Translations under genes and position numbers: made by a program
Shown here: positions 47,350-55,955 of the stretch, piece after piece
Position numbering within the stretch: position 1 is the stretch's first letter
Layout of the letters: each line of letters opens with the position of its first letter
IMG/VR virus record: IMGVR_UViG_3300044638_006750
Coordinates: 168,684 to 232,683 of that record
DNA length: 64,000 bases
Strand: one strand, 5' to 3'
Notes under the pieces: generated by a model
Told to the model about the DNA's origin: nothing
The model's database searches: none
The model's input: only the letters and a program-made list of their open reading frames with translations

Positions 47350-48593
47350 GAGAATAATTCATGAATCACTTTACCATTATTGGCAATTTTCATGGGTCTA
47401 CCATTTTTGGCAGTGAATATAGTTTCTAATGAAATATCTATAGATTTTAGTACACTAGCCATTAAGTCTTGAGAGGTATATGGTTCAGAAATTACTTCTT
47501 TACCATCTTTACTCGTCTCACCAACAATTACTCCCTTTTTAAAACCAGCCCCTCCAACAACAACACTCCAACTTCTTGCCCAATGATCTCTACCGGCATT
47601 TCCATTAATATTTGGTGTGCGTCCAAATTCTCCCATCCATACTATTGCTGTGCTATCCAACAACCCTCTGTTATTTAAATCTTCTATTAAAGCACTCATA
47701 GCCTTGTCCATTTCGGGAAGTTTTTGATTTTGCAATGTTGGGAATACATCTTGATGGTTATCCCACCCACCAAGATCTACTTCTATAAATGGCGCCCCTA
47801 TTTCTACTAGACGCCTAGCCATCAAACAACCTCTGCCAAACCCTGTATTTCCATATCGTTCCTGAATTTGCTTGGGTTCTTTGGACACTTTAAAAACATC
47901 CATCTGAGAACTACTCATCAACTTTACTGTTTTGGTTAAAAGCTTGGCATGGTCATTGGCATACTCTCCACGATTTTCTTTTATAAATTTGTCTTCTATT
48001 GTTTTGAGCATTTGTAATCTTTGATTAACTCTGTTAGGCTCTATACCCATATCTAAATCACGAACTGTCCCATTAGAATTAACCACAAATGGAGCATAAG
48101 TAGCTCCTAAAAAACCTGGACCTACACTTGGACTCCCGATACTAACGAATGGAGGAATGTCAAGCTCTGGAATACTAGATATTAATTCATGAGATACAAC
48201 AGAACCATAGCTTGGATGTTCTATATTTGGATTAGGAACATAGCCAGTATGTAAATAATAGCGTCCTCTCATATGATCTGCTTCTCTTGTACTCATACTT
48301 CGTACAATATTCATGTGATGCATTTGTTTTGACATAAGAGGTAAATGCTCACAAATTTCAATGCCGTCAGCAGACGTTGAGATGGGTTTAAATGGCCCCC
48401 CAGTTGGACTCCCAGGCTTTAAATCCCATATGTCAATGGTGCTAGGACCGCCGCCCATCCATAGCAGAATGACAGACTTGGTTTTTTTTGTCGTATCAGC
48501 AGTATTAGCTAATATAGAATTAGCAAAATATGTTGAAGAAGATGCCAGACAAGAAGATGCTGCTAAATGTGATAAAAAATGTCTTCTGTTCAT
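47346..48593 (-). CDS. DUF1501-family protein with a Tat signal
   Basis: MNRRHFL, LLWMGGGPSTIDIWDLKP, ARRLVEIG, GGWDNH, WMGEFGRTP and GRDHW. Confidence 0.9.
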   Translation of the reverse strand: MNRRHFLSHLAASSCLASSSTYFANSILANTADTTKKTKSVILLWMGGGPSTIDIWDLKPGSPTGGPFKPISTSADGIEICEHLPLMSKQMHHMNIVRSMSTREADHMRGRYYLHTGYVPNPNIEHPSYGSVVSHELISSIPELDIPPFVSIGSPSVGPGFLGATYAPFVVNSNGTVRDLDMGIEPNRVNQRLQMLKTIEDKFIKENRGEYANDHAKLLTKTVKLMSSSQMDVFKVSKEPKQIQERYGNTGFGRGCLMARRLVEIGAPFIEVDLGGWDNHQDVFPTLQNQKLPEMDKAMSALIEDLNNRGLLDSTAIVWMGEFGRTPNINGNAGRDHWARSWSVVVGGAGFKKGVIVGETSKDGKEVISEPYTSQDLMASVLKSIDISLETIFTAKNGRPMKIANNGKVIHELFS

Positions 48594-48608
48594 ATAATAT
48601 GCTTTAAG

Positions 48609-48960
48609 TGGAGGCGAGGGGAGTCGAACCCCTGTCCTATCAGTAGTTCATTATATCTTCTACAAGTTTAGGTTGTTCATAAGTTTTATGAAAGATTAAA
48701 GAACAAACAACATTCATCTTTCCGTACCAACTAATCTCAGGCTAGAACCCGTTGGCAATTCTAGCAGCCGAAGGCTTTTACGACGATTTTTTGGACGCTA
48801 CCTTCATTGCTTCCTAAAATCGTTACTGCTTTTTATTAAGCAGCAAGTGCTAACTGATTTGCGCCAGTTAAAGCGTTTAATCTGGTTTTATAGTAGCCAC
48901 CAGATCAACTACTACTTGCCAATATAAATCTGCTATTGTAGTCGAAACCTTTACGCCCCC
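48609..48960 (-). ncRNA. ssrA: tmRNA, tag peptide (A)GANQLALAA
   Basis: 5' GGGGGCGTAAAGGTTTCGAC; 3' GGGGTTCGACTCCCCTCGCCTCCA; G3-U pair; tag ORF 48865-48833 after TTTAACT, ending TAA TAA; CCA not encoded. Confidence 0.95.
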
Positions 48961-48966
48961 ATATTT

Positions 48967-49146
48967 TTATAGCCAGCCAAATACTTTTAACATAATTACT
49001 GTAGACATACACAGACCAATCAAAGAAGATATTGTTCTTATAAATTCCATTTTATGGTTATGTTTATCTATCCATAACTCAGCCCTATCTCTTAATTTAC
49101 CTCTTTTTTTAAGTTTCTCCAGTCTTTTTTGACTAATGGAAGTCAT
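48967..49146 (-). CDS. Small membrane protein (59 aa)
   Basis: Manual translation MTSISQKRLEKLKK...LIGLCMSTVIMLKVFGWL. Confidence 0.5.
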   Translation of the reverse strand: MTSISQKRLEKLKKRGKLRDRAELWIDKHNHKMEFIRTISSLIGLCMSTVIMLKVFGWL

Positions 49147-49147
49147 A

Positions 49148-49387
49148 TTAAACTGTTCTTTCTCTGAGAATTTTTTTCATAATTTCTTTTAGTAGTTCAT
49201 TCATTTCTTCATCAGATATATTAGGTTTTGGTATCTCTGGTTCAAGAAATAAACCTCTGGCCGGACCAGCCTCAAGTTTTTGGACTCTATAAAGTAATCT
49301 CTTATTATCTATGCTATATAAAATATTGAAACCCATTGAACATATCAATAAGCCGGTTAACAGAACAATATAAGGAGATATTTTCAT
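49148..49387 (-). CDS. Membrane-anchored hypothetical
   Basis: N-terminal TM segment; promoter TTGACA-16-TACAAT at 49419-49446. Confidence 0.55.
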   Translation of the reverse strand: MKISPYIVLLTGLLICSMGFNILYSIDNKRLLYRVQKLEAGPARGLFLEPEIPKPNISDEEMNELLKEIMKKILRERTV

Positions 49388-49442
49388 TACAGTTCCTTGT
49401 GGGTTGCATGACTCATGTATTGTAAGAGATGTTTTTGATATG

Positions 49443-49979
49443 TCAAGAGTTTTCCATAAGGTATCTCTGCCACCCCATAACTATACCACTTGCAGTACCA
49501 ACATTTAATGATCTTACACTTCCATAACCCGGAATCGTAATAATACTGTCTACTTGTTGAAGAATTTGACTATCTAATCCAGAATTCTCTTCTCCAAATA
49601 TAAAAACAGTATTTTCCACATACTGATTATAAGAATATAGATTAATGGTTTTATCTTCAAACTCAGGAATATTATTTTCTATCGCAACGGTGCGACAGTT
49701 TTGTTTGTGCATCTCTTCAAAGAAACTATCAAAATTATTATAGTGATGAATAGGAGTGTAGTGATATGTTCCGACACTGCCCCTTTTATCCCATTTTTTC
49801 TTTGGGGCTATATGATATACGTTCCTAAATCCAAAAAAGTTAGCATTTCTAACCATTGTACTAAAATTAAAATCTCCACCAATATTAACCATAGCAACAC
49901 TAGAACAGATTGTCCTACTGCAACAATATTCTTTAATATCTGGAATCGAATAATTTTTTAAGCTATCTATTACGTTCAT
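49443..49979 (-). CDS. SpoU/TrmH-family (SPOUT) RNA 2'-O-methyltransferase
   Basis: NFSTMVRNANFFG, IFGEENSGL and ITIPGYGSVRSLNVGTASGI. Confidence 0.88.
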   Translation of the reverse strand: MNVIDSLKNYSIPDIKEYCCSRTICSSVAMVNIGGDFNFSTMVRNANFFGFRNVYHIAPKKKWDKRGSVGTYHYTPIHHYNNFDSFFEEMHKQNCRTVAIENNIPEFEDKTINLYSYNQYVENTVFIFGEENSGLDSQILQQVDSIITIPGYGSVRSLNVGTASGIVMGWQRYLMENS

Positions 49980-50497
49980 AGTCTAGACATCACTTGATTG
50001 GCTATGTATTCTGCACTCTCAAATTTTCTAGCAATATTTTCGTATGAAATATAAAACTCTTCAAGAAAAGTTAAGATTTTTTCATCTATCTTTCTAGCCA
50101 TATTTATACTGGATAATCGTCCAGATGAATCATAGTCATCGTTACATCTTTCAATATAGTAATTGGTATTTTGAAAACTATTAAATATATCAATAACAGA
50201 CTGAGAAAAAGACGGAGGATATCTATCTGCTTTATAGAAAAGACTCAAACATATAGGAGAGTCTGTAATAATAACATCTACTTTGTCTATCAAAACTTCT
50301 AAACTATAAAGTTGTTTGCCAAAAACATATGGTTGACACTCAAGGGTCGAGTGCCTATTTTCCCATGTAAGAGTTTTCGCATATTCTGTAACTAATTCAC
50401 AACTGATTTTCTGTTGTTTTAAACAGAAAAAAGTTCCAGCGGCTAATGTGCTTTTGCCAACACCGGGACCACCAAACAAATTAACTATTAGTGTCAT
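49976..50497 (-). CDS. P-loop NTPase / nucleotide kinase-like (AAA_28/NadR type)
   Basis: GGPGVGKST, VTEYAK and IITDSP. Confidence 0.75.
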   Translation of the reverse strand: MTLIVNLFGGPGVGKSTLAAGTFFCLKQQKISCELVTEYAKTLTWENRHSTLECQPYVFGKQLYSLEVLIDKVDVIITDSPICLSLFYKADRYPPSFSQSVIDIFNSFQNTNYYIERCNDDYDSSGRLSSINMARKIDEKILTFLEEFYISYENIARKFESAEYIANQVMSRL

Positions 50498-50651
50498 CGA
50501 TATTTAAAAGTGTTGATAATTCTTGAATATATTGATCTAGTTGTAGAGCAATTTCTCCGCAACTTCTACAAGTGTCTGAATATAAGTATTCTTTTAAGTC
50601 ATCTATTTTGATTTTTAGATCTATGATTTTTTCTCTTTTTTCATTTGACAT
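50481..50651 (-). CDS. Small hypothetical (56 aa)
   Basis: Manual translation MSNEKREKII...CRSC...; fills the gap between genes. Confidence 0.45.
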   Translation of the reverse strand: MSNEKREKIIDLKIKIDDLKEYLYSDTCRSCGEIALQLDQYIQELSTLLNIDDTNS

Positions 50652-50653
50652 TA

Positions 50654-51010
50654 TTAAGAAGGCTTGTTAGGAATACTGGTTTGTGCTTTATCAGATAACC
50701 AAAAAACCATCTCATTGGTCTTTTCGTCCCAGGCACATTCAAGATAACCTCTAGACGCTAACCTAGCCAAACCAACACCATATAACCACTCTCTAATTTC
50801 GTTAAAGATGTTGTCAAAAATCGTTTCTGTAATAATCAGATGATCATCCTCATCTAATCCCAGACTATGTTTTTTGATTAAAGAAATAACTTGGTTGATA
50901 CTAATAAAATTATCCAAATTTTCACTGTAGTTTTCTGCAAAAGATTTTGCAGCACCTTCTCTCATTGCGACGGCATATCCTTGCAAATCTATGATTGAGT
51001 ATTTTTCCAT
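50654..51010 (-). CDS. Hypothetical protein
   Basis: ORF tiles in the operon. Confidence 0.6.
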   Translation of the reverse strand: MEKYSIIDLQGYAVAMREGAAKSFAENYSENLDNFISINQVISLIKKHSLGLDEDDHLIITETIFDNIFNEIREWLYGVGLARLASRGYLECAWDEKTNEMVFWLSDKAQTSIPNKPS

Positions 51011-51025
51011 TATTATCTCTTTACA

Positions 51026-51310
51026 TCAAAAATATTTTTTGACCCCCTTTTGGGAATCCTCTTTATCTCTACACCGAGCCAGTAAATTATCAATAGTATT
51101 TTGCATACTATATTCTCCTCTACTTAGCCACTTTTGATCTTCATAAAGAGCCGTTGTAATTTGAGGCAAATAGAATTGTATTGCTCTTTCAAATTCTTCA
51201 GGAAAATAGGTTTTTAGTATACGCTCTATATGAAAAAGAGCATCAACTATCTGATCTCTATGATCAATTAACTTATTTATCTGATGTTTCTGCTCGTTTG
51301 TAAGACTCAC
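51026..51310 (-). CDS. Hypothetical protein
   Basis: ORF tiles in the operon. Confidence 0.6.
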   Translation of the reverse strand: MSLTNEQKHQINKLIDHRDQIVDALFHIERILKTYFPEEFERAIQFYLPQITTALYEDQKWLSRGEYSMQNTIDNLLARCRDKEDSQKGVKKYF

Positions 51311-51717
51311 GACACAACCTCTGTTTTTTGTTTAAGCTTCATCAACTTATGCTTAGTTTTCCAAACACCAGTTTCTTTGTTCTGAATATCTCCACCCATA
51401 TAAATATGTGCGAATCCACTATGCTTGTCCAAACCCCATGCTTGAATACCATTTGCGTCAATCGCATGAACAACAAAACGACCTCTATAGCCCATTGGAA
51501 TGAACTCTCCATGACTGACAAAATATGGGCCTCCAGCCACTCTAATGCGATCACCCTTTACCAGTTCTTTCCAATTAAAATCCCTGATAATCTTGGTATT
51601 CTTCGCTTCCTTGCTCTTAGCCTTAAAAACAAATGGAGTGTTACACTTCTTGCACATATAAGCACGCGGACCAGTTGTAGTGCCGCACTTTTCGCAAGTT
51701 TTTTGACCCTTAGCCAT
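51307..51717 (-). CDS. Zn-ribbon protein
   Basis: CEKCG...CKKC; CACAGGAG RBS and its own promoter. Confidence 0.65.
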   Translation of the reverse strand: MAKGQKTCEKCGTTTGPRAYMCKKCNTPFVFKAKSKEAKNTKIIRDFNWKELVKGDRIRVAGGPYFVSHGEFIPMGYRGRFVVHAIDANGIQAWGLDKHSGFAHIYMGGDIQNKETGVWKTKHKLMKLKQKTEVVS

Positions 51718-51755
51718 AAATCAATTCTCCTGTGATTGGTTATCGTTATGCTCTA

Positions 51756-51783
51756 AGCATACCATACATATCGTCTCTGTCAA
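51756..51783 (-). promoter_or_regulatory. Sigma70 promoter
   Basis: TTGACA-gagacgatatgtatgg (16)-TATGCT. Confidence 0.65.
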
Positions 51784-51793
51784 GAGGTTTTCT

Positions 51794-52063
51794 TTAGCGA
51801 TTCTGAAATTGAACGATAGGCAGAGCGCTCATGACTATTAATTCTTCTAGGGTTTTTAAATCATTTGTATTAATTGATCTTAAATAAGCATCAAACTTAT
51901 TCCAATCTTTACTGTCTATGATCAAAGAATATTCTCTATTAGAATAGCCATAAGAATTTTTATCATCATAACATTCTATTCTTCCAGCAGACCAATTATT
52001 ACCATTTTCATCAATCCATGTCTGATTCATTATTAATTCTTGTACAAGATAATAACTCCACAT
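51794..52063 (-). CDS. Hypothetical protein
   Basis: ORF in the operon. Confidence 0.5.
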   Translation of the reverse strand: MWSYYLVQELIMNQTWIDENGNNWSAGRIECYDDKNSYGYSNREYSLIIDSKDWNKFDAYLRSINTNDLKTLEELIVMSALPIVQFQNR

Positions 52064-52485
52064 TATATTTTTCCCTTACAACTTTTGCAGATGGTGGTTA
52101 TCCAACCGCTCTTGTCAGGCTCTCCTCTTTCTCCACATTTTTCGCAAGTGTTAAAACTCCAACATTCTGCCATACGAATCAAGCCCCGGATATAGTCATC
52201 TCCTCCATAGTAATAAATTCTTAATCCTCCAAATTTCTCTTTTATTTGAGTGAACCTAAATTTTTCATATGAAACGGTTTCTTTGTTATTTTCGGTTAAA
52301 TAGTGATTATTTTGTTGTATGTTTAATTCGTGTTGAGCAACAATAAAACAAAAAGACTGTAGAATCTGATACCATCCATCTCCACATTCTATTCCATAAG
52401 CTCCTATTGGTTCTGTCTTATTATCTTTTAGAGAAAACATTTCTGGATACTTAGAATATAGTGACAGCTCTAGTATTTCTTGCAT
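52063..52485 (-). CDS. Conserved phage hypothetical (QIKEKFG motif, C-terminal Zn finger)
   Basis: ECGDGWY, QIKEKFGGLRIY and CEKCG...ICKSC. Confidence 0.65.
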   Translation of the reverse strand: MQEILELSLYSKYPEMFSLKDNKTEPIGAYGIECGDGWYQILQSFCFIVAQHELNIQQNNHYLTENNKETVSYEKFRFTQIKEKFGGLRIYYYGGDDYIRGLIRMAECWSFNTCEKCGERGEPDKSGWITTICKSCKGKI

Positions 52486-52734
52486 CTAAAACTTCCTTTT
52501 TAAGTCATCTGGCTTCTTATCTGTATCTGGTATAATTTCTAGCTTACCAGGAAAATAGTGACAAAAATAACTAGCACTAATACGCTTTTTAATCAAACCC
52601 TCTTCCTCTACTTGAATATAGACATTAATACGATATCTATTTTCATAGACATTAATAATACGTGTCATCAAAAAATGCTTAGGCTTCTCAACCTGCTTAA
52701 ACAATAGGCTTTCTATTTCAATAGTGTGCATCAA
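52486..52734 (-). CDS. Hypothetical protein
   Basis: ORF tiles in the operon. Confidence 0.55.
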   Translation of the reverse strand: MMHTIEIESLLFKQVEKPKHFLMTRIINVYENRYRINVYIQVEEEGLIKKRISASYFCHYFPGKLEIIPDTDKKPDDLKRKF

Positions 52735-52949
52735 GAGTGTCCCTGCCCTTTCTCTGCAAAAATTGAGTCCATATTTATAGTAAGAGTCATTTTATCGTCA
52801 AATATATATGTATCACAATCATATTCATTACCAGTTTCAGCATCATGAATAAGAACCGGAGTATTCCAGTCGAACTTACCAATATTCTCAATGTTATTTG
52901 CTTGATTATAAAGATAGCTATACAAATCAAGCCATGTCATTTGTTTCAT
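52731..52949 (-). CDS. Hypothetical protein
   Basis: ORF tiles in the operon. Confidence 0.55.
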   Translation of the reverse strand: MKQMTWLDLYSYLYNQANNIENIGKFDWNTPVLIHDAETGNEYDCDTYIFDDKMTLTINMDSIFAEKGQGHS

Positions 52950-53164
52950 CTTGCTCTCCTATTTGCTCTATCAAGTATACGAATAGTTTCTTTAGCATTA
53001 GCGGCAACCATAACTAAACTTGGGGCTGTTTTATGATTCCAGTCCATATAGCCCACTCTACGTTCTTCCGAAGAACATTCAATACAAACCATAGGACGAT
53101 TATATTCAGTAAGAAATTCAACCCGTCCCTCTGGAATCGAACCTTTGCAATAGTTGCAGACCAT
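52946..53164 (-). CDS. TraR/DksA-like C4 zinc-finger protein
   Basis: CNYCKGSIPEGRVEFL.....CIECS matches C..CG..IP..RL.......CI.C. Confidence 0.65.
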   Translation of the reverse strand: MVCNYCKGSIPEGRVEFLTEYNRPMVCIECSSEERRVGYMDWNHKTAPSLVMVAANAKETIRILDRANRRAR

Positions 53165-53200
53165 ATAACGCTCCGATGGGTAATGATGCCAAGAGTCCCA

Positions 53201-53229
53201 TTTATATCACACTATCGGCGTTCTGTCAA
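53201..53229 (-). promoter_or_regulatory. Sigma70 promoter
   Basis: TTGACA-gaacgccgatagtgtga (17)-TATAAA. Confidence 0.75.
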
Positions 53230-53243
53230 CAGTTCTTTAAACA

Positions 53244-53993
53244 TTAAGTCCACAGGTGGCGGCGAATTTTAATAAGCTCTATCATCATATCCTCGTCCTC
53301 TTTATCATAGGCTTCTTCTATTTGTAGAAGCTTTAAATAATGCTTATGACATCCTTTTGGAGCCTTCATCTTAAAATTGCTTGATTCCATCGTATCATAT
53401 ATTTCAGCCCAACCACTTTTTTCCATTGGGCTAGGTCTATTTGGTCTTTTATTTTTCCACCATTCATAAAGCTTTTGTACTTTACGGCTAGACTTTGCTT
53501 GTTCGCTCAAAACACGTTTACCATCCTTATTTTTCTGTTTCAGATTATTGGCCCACTTAAAGTAATCGTAAGCGGCATCAATACAGCGACCATTTTTGAA
53601 TTTGTATTTTTTGCTATCTTTCCAAGACATATTATGAGCGAGTTCAATTTCTACAAAATCAACCAACTCATTAAATAGACCGTGCATCATCCTATGATCA
53701 AATTCATAGTAATGTCCCGGCCTTAATCCGGTTTTAAGAAAATGGGTTTTGTCTATCCACCTATTACGAATGTAAAACTTAACTTCTCTATAAACATCAT
53801 ACGGAAAACATAGTGTGTTCTGTAGTTTCTTGAGAAATTTTTCTGTAAACCAATATCTGACAGGCTTTCTTTTCTTTAGATCACTATAATAGTCATCCCA
53901 TGCGTCCCATTCTAAAGCAAAGGGTTTCTGTTCTCCCCTAATCCAGTCAGCAAATTTACTAGATGACCAATAATGAGTTCTTGTTCTTAGCAT
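53244..53993 (-). CDS. Conserved phage hypothetical (Trp-rich)
   Basis: Long ORF; probable start MLRTR; ends MIELIKIRRHLWT. Confidence 0.65.
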   Translation of the reverse strand: MLRTRTHYWSSSKFADWIRGEQKPFALEWDAWDDYYSDLKKRKPVRYWFTEKFLKKLQNTLCFPYDVYREVKFYIRNRWIDKTHFLKTGLRPGHYYEFDHRMMHGLFNELVDFVEIELAHNMSWKDSKKYKFKNGRCIDAAYDYFKWANNLKQKNKDGKRVLSEQAKSSRKVQKLYEWWKNKRPNRPSPMEKSGWAEIYDTMESSNFKMKAPKGCHKHYLKLLQIEEAYDKEDEDMMIELIKIRRHLWT

Positions 53994-54459
53994 AAAATTT
54001 ACCTTTAGCATATCTAAAAAAGTAATCACTATCTATTGTTATCTGATCACCATCACTATCTTCAAAATTATTGTCGCCCAAACTCCAGTAAATATCATTC
54101 AATCCAACTGCATTTAAAATTTTAGCACAATTAACACAAGGCTTACTGAGCCTCATTCTTCCATCTCTTCCAATTCGTACAACAACAATGCTCCAATTAG
54201 AATCAATGGAATTATACCTATCAAGTAATTGAGAAATAAGATGAGATTCAGCATGACTGTACGGAAACTCCTTGTATGTAGGAATATTAAATTTCTGACC
54301 CATTCTAAATGCCTTGGCATTAACCTTAATCGGGTTGTTTTGGCTGAGACAAACAGGTTTATTGCCATCAAATGCTATAGCGAAGTGATAGCGTCTTTGA
54401 TAGATATTTGGAACGAATCTTTCATATGAAAGTTTAATTGCTGTTTTCAGAATCTTCAT
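53959..54459 (-). CDS. Zn-dependent cytidine/dCMP deaminase-like protein
   Basis: HAESHLI and LSKPCVNC. Confidence 0.75.
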   Translation of the reverse strand: MKILKTAIKLSYERFVPNIYQRRYHFAIAFDGNKPVCLSQNNPIKVNAKAFRMGQKFNIPTYKEFPYSHAESHLISQLLDRYNSIDSNWSIVVVRIGRDGRMRLSKPCVNCAKILNAVGLNDIYWSLGDNNFEDSDGDQITIDSDYFFRYAKGKFYAKNKNSLLVI

Positions 54460-54652
54460 TAGAAATCTCATCCAAAACTTTGTTAATTTTATCCAAGTTA
54501 TTTTTGATCGGGGTATACACAGAATCAGAATCTGGATAGTAAATATCGTCTGTCATAGCTTCTGGATATAATTGACTACGCATAGGAATAGGTGTAACTT
54601 TTTTAGCCCTGGGTGTAGTTGGGTCTAATGGTGTTCTCTCCGGTTCTTTCAT
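54434..54652 (-). CDS. Pro-rich hypothetical
   Basis: GGAG RBS. Confidence 0.5.
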   Translation of the reverse strand: MKEPERTPLDPTTPRAKKVTPIPMRSQLYPEAMTDDIYYPDSDSVYTPIKNNLDKINKVLDEISNEDSENSN

Positions 54653-54662
54653 ATTCTACTCC

Positions 54663-54809
54663 TTATTTTGATGCTAACATATACAAGCCAACATTAGCAA
54701 AAGCATATCCAAGATAAGCTATTAGCATACCAATATTACCCTTGTATCCTTGTTCTAAAGCAACATACAAGTAGACCACTCCGGTTAATGCTATTAGCCA
54801 TGCACTCAT
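54663..54809 (-). CDS. Small two-TM membrane protein (48 aa)
   Basis: Manual translation MSAWLIALTGVVYLYVA...YLGYAFANVGLYMLASK. Confidence 0.55.
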   Translation of the reverse strand: MSAWLIALTGVVYLYVALEQGYKGNIGMLIAYLGYAFANVGLYMLASK

Positions 54810-54968
54810 ATTAATTTTTTTCTATTGGGATATATCTAGTTCCATCTTCAGATACTTGCTCCTTACCAATAATAATCTTTGGATCTTGCTTGAGCAAGCC
54901 AATAATAGCTTGGGTATTTACATTATCACTAATCGCAATAGTACCAATTTGAGGCATACTTAATTCCT

Positions 54969-55883
54969 TTAAATAAGAGTTGTGTTTAAAATCTTCCTAT
55001 ATTCAGCAATTGCTAAGTCTTTAGCTTTGAGTTCCATATCAATATCAAACTCCAAACCATAATTATCAAACTTTTGTTCTGCATAATCAGCATGGGCGCG
55101 TGGATTATTACCCGGACGACTTTCGCTATAATGAAAAAGAGGTCTGGTTTGCCAAGTATCCCAGCACATATTAATTGCTTCAATTTCTGTTGTGTTGTTT
55201 GGATGGCACTTATGGTGGAGATAGTCAAAACAAATCGGTATACGAGTAATTGGATGAAAAATATCTACAAGTTCACGCACACTCCAACAATTAAGCTTGT
55301 CATCATTTTCTATAGTGAGTCGAGCCTGACAGTTTTCGTCTAATCGTTTAAAGTTTTGAAAAAATCTGTTGGCGATTTCTTTTCTTGTTCCATTGTTATT
55401 ATGAACATGAAGATTCATTGGAGATCTAGTATCTGCCGGAAGTCCAATTCTATCAAAGAAACTGCTGTAGAAGTTGAGTTCTGTAATGGTTTTTTCGACA
55501 ACTTTTTCGGAGAGACTAGCCAAACTGTTAAATTCACTTGGATGAGCAGAAACACGAACCCCAGTAGAGGAAATAGTTTCCGCAATATCATCAAACTCGT
55601 CTTGTATTTCGTCATGATTAGGCAAGTCCTCAAGGTTAACATTCGCCTGATCATAAGTGATCAGAGGGAAAATGTCACTACTGACCCTATAAACATAATC
55701 ATTTTCTGCACAAAACTGAATTGTTTTATTAGTTACAGCAAGATTGTTGAGTATGCGTGAGCCAAGAATCCTAAGTGCTTCTTCTCGCGGCAAAGAACTA
55801 AAACGCTTGTAAGTCATTGTTTGGTGACTAAAACCTTGATCTTTAAGAGTGAGAGAGATACAGCAGAGGCCGAGTTTTATCAT
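54969..55883 (-). CDS. uvsE: UV-damage endonuclease UvsE/UvdE
   Basis: KLGLCCISL, YRVSSDIFP, RVSAHP, LTIENDDK, FDYLHH, HYSE, HADY and ELKAKDLA. Confidence 0.93.
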   Translation of the reverse strand: MIKLGLCCISLTLKDQGFSHQTMTYKRFSSLPREEALRILGSRILNNLAVTNKTIQFCAENDYVYRVSSDIFPLITYDQANVNLEDLPNHDEIQDEFDDIAETISSTGVRVSAHPSEFNSLASLSEKVVEKTITELNFYSSFFDRIGLPADTRSPMNLHVHNNNGTRKEIANRFFQNFKRLDENCQARLTIENDDKLNCWSVRELVDIFHPITRIPICFDYLHHKCHPNNTTEIEAINMCWDTWQTRPLFHYSESRPGNNPRAHADYAEQKFDNYGLEFDIDMELKAKDLAIAEYRKILNTTLI

Positions 55884-55927
55884 TTTGGTGTAAATATGAG
55901 TAAATTGGGTTTGTGTTCGTTCAAGCC

Positions 55928-55955
55928 ATTATACCGGAGGTTCTATGAAAGTCAA
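55928..55955 (-). promoter_or_regulatory. Sigma70 promoter of uvsE, overlapping the start of the HNH gene
   Basis: TTGACT-16-TATAAT. Confidence 0.65.

Noticed and set aside
55356-55760. 134-aa plus-strand ORF within uvsE, and similar antisense ORFs throughout the track
   Set aside because: They are fully nested antisense to confident genes and have no recognisable motifs.
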